Shown here: in pieces, positions 9,044-17,531 of the stretch
Numbering within the stretch: the stretch's first letter is position 1
How the letters are laid out: each line of letters begins with the position of its first letter
Notes under the pieces: generated by a model
Told to the model about the DNA's origin: nothing
What the model saw: the letters and a program-made list of their open reading frames with translations, nothing else
Databases searched by the model: none
Assembly (NCBI GenBank): GCA_963709855.1
Contig: CAVPXX010000012.1
Location: forward strand, 18,269 to 50,268
Origin: an uncultured Alphaproteobacteria bacterium
GTDB taxonomy: Bacteria; Pseudomonadota; Alphaproteobacteria; Rhizobiales; Xanthobacteraceae
Direction of reading: 5' to 3'
DNA length: 32,000 nucleotides
Translations under genes and position numbers: made by a program

Positions 9044-9808
9044 CTACTTATCGCTGCGGGAAAAACCCGGGCCCATATCCCAGGCCAACGGGTAATAGGG
9101 ACGATCCACGCTGCGGCACCAATTCTCCCATCCCCGTTCAAGCGTAAAGCCGGCGCGGCCCTTGGTGTTGGCGGCGATTTCACCGTCGCTCAAATAAGTA
9201 ACCTCGCCCATTGCCAGCGCCTTGCCGAGCATCTGGGCGTTGATTTCGGTGTAGATCGAGGTAAACACCGCCTCGCGCAACGACCTGCCGACTACCACGC
9301 AGCCGTGACCACGCATGAGAGCCACGGTGCGCATGCCAAGCGAATTGGCAAGGTCGCGCGCCATCTCCATGTTGGTAACGAGCAAGTTGGTGCTGTCGCC
9401 GAATTTGTCACGAATGTCCCAATTCGGAACGTCGCGGCCGACTGGCGAGGCCATGTGCATGATCGCGCAGAAGCACTGCTTTTTCACTACCGAGAACGGA
9501 ACGATGTTTGGACTGTGGTTGTGAACGACCGACCCGACGTCGGGACGCGCCTCCAGCACGGCGCCATGAATAAACCTCTCCGTATACGGCTTTCCGGGTT
9601 CAGGGCCGACAACCGTGCCGTCGAGTGTAAATTCCATAATGTCGTCGATCTCGACGCACATCGGCGCTCGGGCGCGGGCCATGAGAAAATGGCCGGGGTT
9701 GTCCGGATGACGGATCGACACGTGGCCGAATGAATCGAGTACGTTGTTGTCGGCGAGAATCCGGTTCGCGGTGACGAGATCATCTTTCAATCGGTACAAG
9801 TCAGTCAT
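9044..9808 (-). CDS. Class II aldolase/adducin-family protein.
   Basis: Start ATG 9806-9808 follows GGAG. The sequence MTDLYRLKDDLVTANRILADNNVLDSFGHVSIRHPDNPGHFLMARARAP...FIHGAVLEARPDVGSVVHNHSP...VALMRGHGCVVVGRSLREAV carries the family His-rich metal-site pattern. The upstream part of ORF 9044..10099 has no family resemblance. Confidence 0.8.
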   Translation of the reverse strand: MTDLYRLKDDLVTANRILADNNVLDSFGHVSIRHPDNPGHFLMARARAPMCVEIDDIMEFTLDGTVVGPEPGKPYTERFIHGAVLEARPDVGSVVHNHSPNIVPFSVVKKQCFCAIMHMASPVGRDVPNWDIRDKFGDSTNLLVTNMEMARDLANSLGMRTVALMRGHGCVVVGRSLREAVFTSIYTEINAQMLGKALAMGEVTYLSDGEIAANTKGRAGFTLERGWENWCRSVDRPYYPLAWDMGPGFSRSDK

Positions 9809-10458
9809 CCTGCTGCTCCAAGTTCGCCTCTGCGGTGATTGAAGCATCCTCGACCAAGGCAACTCTCCTCCCCCGTCCATAACCAGCAAACAAATCAAGA
9901 CGAAGTCGCGAACTACGTCAGCCCTATTTTGTCTTCTCGCGACTTCCGTCCAGCATCCAGGAGAACATCTCCTTGGTGCGGCGCGTCCTTGATTTGGGTC
10001 AAGCATCCCCAAGACAGCAATTAAACGCTGTGCGAAGATTGAAAGAATGCGCCTGATATTGCCGCACTGCGATATCGGGTGACCTTCTTGGCGCAGCACG
10101 GTGCAGGCAATGACAAGCTAAAAGCGTGCGGGACCGCAAATCCGAAACTTGAAACGCGTTACGCTTTTCTTGGCCAATTCGCGACGCAGCGTTGAAATTA
10201 CCTCAAGCTTATGTTCGAACGGCCGTTTATCCAGCGAGCTTGCATCGTTCTGATCGACAATTCAAGGACTTCGGTCATAAGGAGACGCAAGAAATTTCTA
10301 GACGGAGATCGATGCTTCGATAAACAAGCGAGGCGTGGCAGGTATCGAACGCAACCGATAAGATCAATTAATTTATTGCTTTCCTGTTCGATTCACAGAA
10401 TACATTTTGAAATTATACGGAGCAGCGGCAGCACGGCGATTGAGAAAGGAAAAGACAA

Positions 10459-11064
10459 ATGCGACGCCTAATTGTTGGCATGACCGGTGCAACCGGCGCA
10501 ATTTTCGGTGTGCGAATACTTGAGGCACTTAAAGACTGCGACGTGGAATCGCATCTTGTAATTAGCAACTGGGCGCGGCGAACTATTGAGCATGAGACGC
10601 CTTACACCGTTAAACAAGTGTGTGCGTTGGCCAATGTTTACCACAATTCAGCGAACATGGCGGCGAAAATCTCCTCAGGCTCGTTTATTACCGATGGTAT
10701 GGTGGTGATACCGTGCTCGATGCGAACGCTGAGCGGCATCGCACACGGTTATGGCGAACACCTCATCCATCGTGCTGCCGATGTAATTCTCAAAGAACGG
10801 CGACGGCTGGTGCTCGTCGTGCGCGAGTCGCCGTTATCCGAATTGCACCTCGAAAACATGCTGAAGCTAGCCCGCGCGGGGGCATCGATAATTCCGCCAA
10901 TGCCTGCCTTTTACAACCATCCAAAATCTATCGATGATATCGTCGACCATATCGTGGCGCGTGTGCTTGACCAGTTCGGCATCACTGCGCGTTTTGCCAA
11001 GCGCTGGGACGGCAAAATGAAGATGACGTCCCAGCTAAATGCCGAGCCGACGGACAACAACTAA
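10459..11064 (+). CDS. ubiX: UbiX-family flavin prenyltransferase (prFMN synthase).
   Basis: MRRLIVGMTGATGAIFGVRILEALK...VIPCSMRTLSGIAHGYGEHLIHRAADVILKERRRLVLVVRESPLSELHLENMLKLARAGASIIPPMPAFYNHP is a textbook UbiX/Pad1 sequence. The ribosome-binding site is GAAAGGAAAAG. Confidence 0.92.
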   Translation: MRRLIVGMTGATGAIFGVRILEALKDCDVESHLVISNWARRTIEHETPYTVKQVCALANVYHNSANMAAKISSGSFITDGMVVIPCSMRTLSGIAHGYGEHLIHRAADVILKERRRLVLVVRESPLSELHLENMLKLARAGASIIPPMPAFYNHPKSIDDIVDHIVARVLDQFGITARFAKRWDGKMKMTSQLNAEPTDNN

Positions 11065-11074
11065 TGGCCGCGCC

Positions 11075-11833
11075 ATGACTGCGGTAAATGCCTTACATCG
11101 GGGATTGGCTATCCTGCGTGCGATCAATGACGGCCACGTGCAGCTTCGCGAGATCAGCGCGGCTGCCAAACTGCCGAAGTCGACAATCGCTCGCATGTTG
11201 GAAACCTTGGTCGCCGATGGCTACGTGGCCCAGGATAGTGAGAAAGGTTATCACGTTACCGCGCGTGTCTTGACCCTCTCGCGCGGCTATAACGCCCACG
11301 AGTTCCTGCTCAAGGCGGCGCAACCCGTTTTGGAGGGCCTGCGTAAACATCAGGTCTGGCCGAGCGATCTTGCGGTATTCGATCAAGACGCCATGGTTGT
11401 TCTCGACACTGGCCGTGATCCGGGCACATTGTCGCTCAACCGTACCGTCGGGTCGCGCCTGCCGGTGCTGGTGACGTCGCTTGGCCGCGCTTTTCTCGGC
11501 TTCGCCGACGACGAGCTGGTTGACCGGACGCTTTCCCGCCTAGCCCGATCGACTGATGCTTTTGATGCGCCGGCAAAGAATGCCGCCGCTGTGCGACGCG
11601 TGCTCGGCCAAGTCCGGCGGCAAGGTTATGCGACCGGCGATCGCGAATACCAGCGTACCACCCGTACTCTTGCGGTGCCGGTCCTGGTCAATTCCGCGCC
11701 GGTGGCGAGCCTAAACATCATGGTGGTGCCAAGCGCGATGAGAATGGAGCAATTGGTGAAAAGCCTGCTGCCGGCGCTAAGCGCCGCCGCCAGGACAATA
11801 GGCACCGCGCTAACGCAAACGTCGCCGGGCTGA
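11075..11833 (+). CDS. IclR-family transcriptional regulator.
   Basis: N-terminal wHTH (ALHRGLAILRAINDGHVQLREISAAAKLPKSTIARMLETLVADGYV) and a C-terminal effector domain (GRAFLGF..., GYATGDREYQRTTRTLAVPV). ATG 11039, which overlaps ubiX, is an alternative start. Confidence 0.85.
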   Translation: MTAVNALHRGLAILRAINDGHVQLREISAAAKLPKSTIARMLETLVADGYVAQDSEKGYHVTARVLTLSRGYNAHEFLLKAAQPVLEGLRKHQVWPSDLAVFDQDAMVVLDTGRDPGTLSLNRTVGSRLPVLVTSLGRAFLGFADDELVDRTLSRLARSTDAFDAPAKNAAAVRRVLGQVRRQGYATGDREYQRTTRTLAVPVLVNSAPVASLNIMVVPSAMRMEQLVKSLLPALSAAARTIGTALTQTSPG

Positions 11834-11984
11834 TGTAGCAGTACAACAAGTTGGCATTTTCGCGCCAGCAGTGAAATCCCGATCCCTTTCTGCGGGCTAA
11901 TACTGAAGCCTCTGGAACAATTGATTTTTCTAGCGTTGCCCACAACCGTTTCGCAGTGTGGCCTATTCGCTGCGTTCCATCTAG

Positions 11985-11999
11985 CGGAATGACATTCCG
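11985..11999. promoter_or_regulatory. 15-bp palindrome; candidate IclR operator upstream of ubiD paralogue 1.
   Basis: CGGAATG-A-CATTCCG (7-bp arms) lies about 100 bp upstream of ATG 12098. It is nested inside a wider inverted repeat, CTAGCGG (11981-11987) / CCGCTAG (12027-12033). Confidence 0.35.
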
Positions 12000-12097
12000 A
12001 AAATGCTTGAGACGAGTTGCGAGACCCGCTAGCGTCACTCGTTTTTGGCGTGCGCCGGTTCGTGCCGCCGTCATCTCGCGCGGGAAGAGGTACGCAA

Positions 12098-13759
12098 ATG
12101 AACAAGATTGTCGACGTGCCGCTCGTCGGTTCGCATAAGCCTCAAGCGACCAATGCTATCGGCGAAAACCCGATCGCGGATTTGCGTGAATGGTTGGAAC
12201 GGGTGGAGGGAATTGGCGAGTTGACCCGAGTGCAACAGCCGGTTGACCGCGACGAAGAAATGAGCGCGATCTCATATCTGGTCGCCAAACAGCACCCCTC
12301 GCCGGCTGTCCTATTTGAGCGACCGCGCGGTTTCGAAAAGAGCGCAATCGGCGCCAGGATGTTGTGGAATATTCTCGGCCCCAGTGTGAAGCGCGTCGCG
12401 CTCACGCTTGAGGAACCGGCGGATACGCCGACAGTCGAATTGATCCGGCGTGTAAAGGACAAGCTCAAGCGGCGTCTGCCGCCGCAGGAGGTGTCTGCTG
12501 ATCAAGCTCCGGTCTATGAGAATACCGTCACTGGAAAAAATATTGATTTGAATTTGTTGCCGATCCCGCGGCACTGGCCGCTCGATGGCGGCCGTTATGC
12601 CGGCACCGCCGACGCGGTGATTACCCGCGATCCTGACAGCGGTTATCTCAATATCGGCACCTATCGAATGATGCTGCAGGGAAAGTCACAGGTCGGGCTC
12701 TACCTTTCGCCCGGCAAGGACGCACGTTTGCACATCACTCGGGCGTGGCAACAGGGCAAGTCCATCAATGTCGCCGCCGCCTGGGGCATCGATCCCCTGT
12801 TCATGTTGGTTGGCTCGCAGACATTTCCCAAGAATGTGTCCGAATACGAATACGCCGGCGGCATTAAGGGCCAGCCGATACCGGTCGTTCGCGGCATGAC
12901 GACCGATCTTCTGATCCCCGCCAACGCGGAGCTCGTTGTTGAAGGTGTTGTCCGGCCAAATTCGGTGAAATCGGAAGGACCGTTCGGGGAGTTTCCCGGT
13001 TATTACGGCCGGCCTGAAGCCGGCTGTCCGCTCGTCGACATCACCGCAGTGCACTACCGATCACAGCCAATTCTGACCAACGCCCTGATGGCGGATTATC
13101 CATCCTGCGAACAGAGCGGCTTTTTCTCGGTGATTCGATCAGCAAAGATCTGGGACGATCTCGACAAGCTCGGCATCCCCGGAATCCACGGGGTCTATTC
13201 GCATCCAGCGGCCGCGGGCGGGTTCGGCATGACCGTCATCAGCCTTGAACAGCGTTACGCCGGCCATGCCGCTCAGGTGCTGGCACTCGCGGCCCAGGTT
13301 CCCGGCGGCGCCTACTACACGAAATGGATTATTGCCGTCGACGAGGACATCGACCCGACCGACATGGATCAGGTGATCTGGGCGATGGCGAGCCGGTGCA
13401 ATCCGATCGACGACATCGATATCCTGCGCAACACTTGGAGTACCTGGCTCGATCCCACCCAGAACCCGCCGGAAAAGCGGCCTTACGGCTCGAAGGCGCT
13501 GATCAACGCTTGCAAAGAGCATCGCCACCTTCCGGTTTTTTCCAAACGCACCACGCTGCGTAAGAAAATCTACGATCAGGTTGCTGCGCGTTGGACGGAA
13601 CTTGGCTTGTCGGGCGAGGCTCCGGCCGTGCGGGCGTTCGAAGCCGAGAGTACGGTCACGTATCACGAGGTCGGCGGGTTCGAACCTGGGCGCCAGCCGG
13701 GCGAGAAAAAGCCGATGGACAAGACAAACAACAAGAAAATCAAAAAAAAGAAGATGTGA
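12098..13759 (+). CDS. UbiD-family prFMN-dependent (de)carboxylase, paralogue 1.
   Basis: ATG 12098 follows GGGAAGAGG. UbiD hallmarks are present: LNIGTYRMM, SEYEYAGG, EGPFGEFPGYYG, IIAVDEDIDPTDMDQVIWAMASRCNP. It has an unusual Lys-rich tail, NNKKIKKKKM. Confidence 0.9.
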   Translation: MNKIVDVPLVGSHKPQATNAIGENPIADLREWLERVEGIGELTRVQQPVDRDEEMSAISYLVAKQHPSPAVLFERPRGFEKSAIGARMLWNILGPSVKRVALTLEEPADTPTVELIRRVKDKLKRRLPPQEVSADQAPVYENTVTGKNIDLNLLPIPRHWPLDGGRYAGTADAVITRDPDSGYLNIGTYRMMLQGKSQVGLYLSPGKDARLHITRAWQQGKSINVAAAWGIDPLFMLVGSQTFPKNVSEYEYAGGIKGQPIPVVRGMTTDLLIPANAELVVEGVVRPNSVKSEGPFGEFPGYYGRPEAGCPLVDITAVHYRSQPILTNALMADYPSCEQSGFFSVIRSAKIWDDLDKLGIPGIHGVYSHPAAAGGFGMTVISLEQRYAGHAAQVLALAAQVPGGAYYTKWIIAVDEDIDPTDMDQVIWAMASRCNPIDDIDILRNTWSTWLDPTQNPPEKRPYGSKALINACKEHRHLPVFSKRTTLRKKIYDQVAARWTELGLSGEAPAVRAFEAESTVTYHEVGGFEPGRQPGEKKPMDKTNNKKIKKKKM

Positions 13760-13864
13760 GGCCCGGCTCGGTCCGCTCGAGCGATCATAAGAAATGTTCG
13801 TAACAACCTTGCTACTCCCGACGTTCCGTCGCGCACCCTCTCTGTAACGTGGAGTACTTCAATC

Positions 13865-15325
13865 ATGGCTTCCAATATCCATCCGAAAGACATGCGAACA
13901 TGGATCGCAGAATTGGAGGAAGCTGGTGAACTTATTCGTATATCCAAACCGGTCGACCCGCTCACACAGATGGGCTCACTACTCTATCAATCGCGAGAAA
14001 AGGCGCTTTTCTTCGAAAAACTACCGCATGGCTGGCGCTCGCTCGGTCAAGCCCCGGCAAATACTCGCCATGCGGCCATCGCCTTCGGCGCCAACCAAGA
14101 AACCATGGTGCCATTGATCGCCGAGCGCATGGGCAAACGCATTGCGCCGGTGATGGTCGAGGACGGGCCGGTCAAGGAGGTCAAGCTCGGCAAGAATGAA
14201 TTCGATCTCACGCATCTTCCGGTTCATGTCGCCGGCCAACGCGACGGCGGCCCGGTGATCGGCTCAGGCCTTGTCGTGTCGAAGGACCCCGACACCGGGC
14301 AGCGGAACGTGAGCTTCCATCGCCTCCAGATCAAGGGGCCTAACAAATCCGGCATTCTGCTTTACCCCCGCCATACCTGGAAGAACTACGTAAAATATCA
14401 AGCGCGAAACGAACCGATGCCGGTTGCAATCTTTATCGGTCACTATCCGCTCTATTACGCCGCGGCGGCGACGACAGCTGCCTATGGGCTCGATGAATTT
14501 GAGATTGCTGGTGGCTATCTCGGTGAGCCTGTGCGCCTCGTAAAATGTGAGACAGTGGATCTCGAGGTTCCTGCCGACGCGGAGATCGTTCTTGAGGGTC
14601 ATATCCCGCCGAATTATCGTGAGGAAGAAGGACCGTTTTCTGAATTTCAAGACTACTATGTGACCGGCACAGGCAAAAATCCGATCGTTGAGTACCAGTA
14701 CATGACGCGCCGGCACGACGCGATCTTCAAAAATCTCCAGAACGGTTCGGAGATGGAGGGTTGCGTCTTTCATAAAATCCCAATGAGCGCAGCCATATTC
14801 CGGCGACTCAAGGATGTCGGTGGTGGTCCCAATCTGCACAATGTGATGGTGATGCCCGGCGTTTTCGGAGTGGTTGTGCAAATGACGCCGCGGGCCTATG
14901 GCGAAGCCAAGAATCTGCTGTTGGCAGCGCTATCGTCCGAATACCAGCATCCGAAAGTTGCCATGGCAGTCGATGCGGATGTCGACATCTTCAATCCATC
15001 AGAGCTGATGTGGGCGCTTTCGACGCGCGTTGATCCGCAAAAAGATGTGACGATTATCTCCGGCACACATAATCACGCCATGGACGCAAGCTTGGCGGAG
15101 CTCGGCGCGCCAGGGACGCCTCTTTGGCAGCGCTTTGGGTCGAAGATGCTGATCGATGCGACGATTCCACCGCCAGCCGATGCCGAAGCCCGCGCGATGT
15201 TCGAACGCATTCGGCCGCGCAACCCGCAACTGCGGCTCGAAGATTTCGCTGCTGAAAGCTCTCTCCCGCTAGTTCGCGCCCTTTCCCCGATGTTCTTTGG
15301 GTCAAAGCTCTTGGGCGAACGCTGA
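13865..15325 (+). CDS. UbiD-family prFMN-dependent (de)carboxylase, paralogue 2 (divergent from paralogue 1).
   Basis: 486-aa ORF with a GTGGAG ribosome-binding site. Motifs: NVSFHRLQI, DEFEIAGGYLGEPV, EEGPFSEFQDYY, VAMAVDADVDIFNPSELMWALSTRVDP. Confidence 0.9.
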   Translation: MASNIHPKDMRTWIAELEEAGELIRISKPVDPLTQMGSLLYQSREKALFFEKLPHGWRSLGQAPANTRHAAIAFGANQETMVPLIAERMGKRIAPVMVEDGPVKEVKLGKNEFDLTHLPVHVAGQRDGGPVIGSGLVVSKDPDTGQRNVSFHRLQIKGPNKSGILLYPRHTWKNYVKYQARNEPMPVAIFIGHYPLYYAAAATTAAYGLDEFEIAGGYLGEPVRLVKCETVDLEVPADAEIVLEGHIPPNYREEEGPFSEFQDYYVTGTGKNPIVEYQYMTRRHDAIFKNLQNGSEMEGCVFHKIPMSAAIFRRLKDVGGGPNLHNVMVMPGVFGVVVQMTPRAYGEAKNLLLAALSSEYQHPKVAMAVDADVDIFNPSELMWALSTRVDPQKDVTIISGTHNHAMDASLAELGAPGTPLWQRFGSKMLIDATIPPPADAEARAMFERIRPRNPQLRLEDFAAESSLPLVRALSPMFFGSKLLGER

Positions 15326-15403
15326 ACCTGAGGAACTCGCAATAACAATGAGATCTGCAGTACCAATGGTTCGATGCGCCCGATAATGTGTGTGGAGGCT
15401 AAA

Positions 15404-16369
15404 ATGTCGAAACGGTGGCTTTGCACGATTGCACTGTTGTTGATGAGCTTCGGCACCCAATCATGGGCGCAGAGCTGGCCAAGCAAGCCTATCCGGGCGA
15501 TCGTGCCGTACAGTCCCGGCAGCGCGACTGACATCATTCCGCGCACGATTTTTGCCAAGGTCCAAGAACAACTGGGCCAGCCGATTATTGTCGAAAATCG
15601 TCCCGGGGCATCGAGCACGATTGGCACCGTAACGGTGGCAAAGGCTGAGCCCGATGGCTACACGATCCTAGTCGCCTCCTCGGCCTATACCATCGTGCCA
15701 TTGACAGTTGCGAATTTGCCCTATGATCCGTTGCGCGACCTGGTGGCGGTAACCCCGTTGGCCAATATGGCCAATGTGCTGGTTGTCTCTCCGGACAAAG
15801 CAGTCAAGACCGTCGGCGAGTTCGTCACAGCGGCTCGAGCGCGGCATGGATCGATGAATTATGTCACCATCGGAGAAGGAAGCGCGGCACATCTCAATTC
15901 CGTGCGGTTTCTTCGTGCCGCGGGCTTCGAAGCACAGCCGATACCCTATAAAGGGTCGCCGGCAGGGCTGACCGACGTCATGACCGGGCGGGTCGACTTT
16001 TATTTCTGTCCGCTGTTGCCTGCGCTTTCTCTGATTCGCGACGGCAAGCTCACGGCGCTGGCGGTGAGTAGCTTGGATCGCTCACCTAAATTGCCCGACG
16101 TGCCAACCACCATCCAAGCCGGGTTCCCGAACTCCGAGTATAATTTCTGGTTCGGTGTGTTCGCGCCCGCCAAAACTCCACCCACCATCATCCAACGGCT
16201 TTATGAGGAGATTACCAAGGCACTGCACGATCCGGGTGTGCAGGAAAAGTTGTCGAATCTCGGCGTCCAGCCGATGCCCATGACGCCGGCCCAGTTTGAT
16301 GACTATGTCCGCAAGGAACTCGAGCAAAACGCGGTGCTCGTGAAGGCAGCGGGCATCAAAGCTCAATAA
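15404..16369 (+). CDS. Bug/TctC-family (tripartite tricarboxylate transporter) periplasmic substrate-binding protein.
   Basis: ATG 15404 follows GGAGG. The signal peptide is MSKRWLCTIALLLMSFGTQSWAQ. Family motifs: WPSKPIRAIVPYSPGSATDIIPR, ENRPGASSTIG, PDGYTILV, IPYKGSPAGLTDVMTGRVDF. Confidence 0.88.
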   Translation: MSKRWLCTIALLLMSFGTQSWAQSWPSKPIRAIVPYSPGSATDIIPRTIFAKVQEQLGQPIIVENRPGASSTIGTVTVAKAEPDGYTILVASSAYTIVPLTVANLPYDPLRDLVAVTPLANMANVLVVSPDKAVKTVGEFVTAARARHGSMNYVTIGEGSAAHLNSVRFLRAAGFEAQPIPYKGSPAGLTDVMTGRVDFYFCPLLPALSLIRDGKLTALAVSSLDRSPKLPDVPTTIQAGFPNSEYNFWFGVFAPAKTPPTIIQRLYEEITKALHDPGVQEKLSNLGVQPMPMTPAQFDDYVRKELEQNAVLVKAAGIKAQ

Positions 16370-16409
16370 CGGCGAACTCATTTGGCATCTTTGTCTATAG
16401 GAAAAGTCC

Positions 16410-17411
16410 ATGATCGTCGATTTTCAACATCATTTCACGCCGCGCGAACTGTTCAAAGAGGACTTGGGTGACAAGCTAATCATCGCTTTCGACGAAACGG
16501 GTGCGCCGAGCTACACTTCGCACAAATTGCTTTATGATCTGGATGAACACATCCGCATGATGGACGTCGCCGGTATCGACGCCGCCTTCTTGACTAGCGC
16601 CGCCGCGATGTGTGCCGATATCGAGCGGTCGAAACTGGTCAACGACAAGGCCAAGCAAGCCGAGCGCGACTATCCGGGGCGCTTCATCGGAGCCGCCCAT
16701 GCCCATCCGCTGGGCGGCGCGCAGGCATTCAAGGAGCTGGCGCGCTGCGCACACGAGCTTGGCTTCCCGGGCGTGGTCATCACGTCGGAAGCCGATGGGC
16801 TGTTCCTCGATGCTCCGGAATACGAACCGTTCTGGACGGAAGCTGAAAAACTCGGACTGTTCGTTTTCGTACATCCGGCGCTGAAGCTGAATTTCCCCCA
16901 GCAGTTCGACGCCTACGACACGGCGCGCTCGGTCGGGCGTGAATTCTCGCTGATCATGGCCACGATTCGGTTGGTCAATGGCGGCGTCTTCGACCGCCAT
17001 CCGTCCCTCATGGTGCATATGGCGCACCTCGGCGGCGGCATCGCTTCCATGCTCGGCCGCATTCGCAGCTATCAGGACAAGGACTTCTGGGGCTTGCGCG
17101 GCAACGCCAAGCATGGCCGCACCTGCGAGAAGGATTTCGATTACTACCTGCGCAACAACTTCATGTTCGACACCGCCGGCTTCTGCGGCGCCATCGGCAG
17201 CGTCAAGACGGCATTGGTGGAGATTCCGGCCGAGCGCATCGTCTTCGCCACCGACTACCCGCAGGAGATTCGCGGGCGCGAGGTGGTGCGTGATTTCGTC
17301 CGCGATATCCGCAAGCTCGGGCCGGTCGGCGAGAAAATTATGTGCGGCAATGTCGATGTATTGCTGAAAGGGTGGAATTTGCCCCCTTCGAAGCCGTTAA
17401 AGATCCGGTAA
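16410..17411 (+). CDS. Amidohydrolase-2 family protein (PF04909; ACMSD / LigW / resorcylate-decarboxylase-like).
   Basis: 333-aa ORF. An N-terminal VDFQHHF motif, FVHPA, HLGGG and FATDYPQE match the metal-site pattern of the PF04909 decarboxylase/hydrolase family. The reaction type cannot be read from the sequence. Confidence 0.75.
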   Translation: MIVDFQHHFTPRELFKEDLGDKLIIAFDETGAPSYTSHKLLYDLDEHIRMMDVAGIDAAFLTSAAAMCADIERSKLVNDKAKQAERDYPGRFIGAAHAHPLGGAQAFKELARCAHELGFPGVVITSEADGLFLDAPEYEPFWTEAEKLGLFVFVHPALKLNFPQQFDAYDTARSVGREFSLIMATIRLVNGGVFDRHPSLMVHMAHLGGGIASMLGRIRSYQDKDFWGLRGNAKHGRTCEKDFDYYLRNNFMFDTAGFCGAIGSVKTALVEIPAERIVFATDYPQEIRGREVVRDFVRDIRKLGPVGEKIMCGNVDVLLKGWNLPPSKPLKIR

Positions 17412-17531
17412 AGGCGACGAAGGAACAGCCTAAAACACTGAGCATGGCGGAGGAGACCTTGACGATGGTCAAGGTCATTTTGGATGAGCCCGACTATTCA
17501 ACTTAAAGAAAAATAGCTGTTTGGCGCCGTC

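Noticed and set aside
11852-11867. A sigma-54-like TGGCAT...N... element downstream of iclR.
   Set aside because: The -12 element is wrong: CGCC where TTGC is expected at the correct spacing. No enhancer-binding protein gene is nearby.
13742-13759. An A8 run forming an in-frame A_AAA_AAG slippery heptamer (13744-13750) at the very end of ubiD1, within the Lys-rich tail KKIKKKKM.
   Set aside because: It lies only three codons before the stop. A -1 shift would merely swap the last residues for about 18 unremarkable aa (EDVRPGSVRSSDHKKCS), and no downstream stimulatory structure was evident. It is more likely an incidental low-complexity tail, though the homopolymer is a plausible site of sequencing error.
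17444-17506. A 20-codon sORF (MAEETLTMVKVILDEPDYST) in the gap between the amidohydrolase and the adenylating enzyme, considered as a possible small UbiD-associated subunit.
   Set aside because: It is far shorter than the known VdcD/BsdD-type small subunits, lacks Cys/His zinc-ribbon residues and a convincing ribosome-binding site, and cannot be supported without conservation data.
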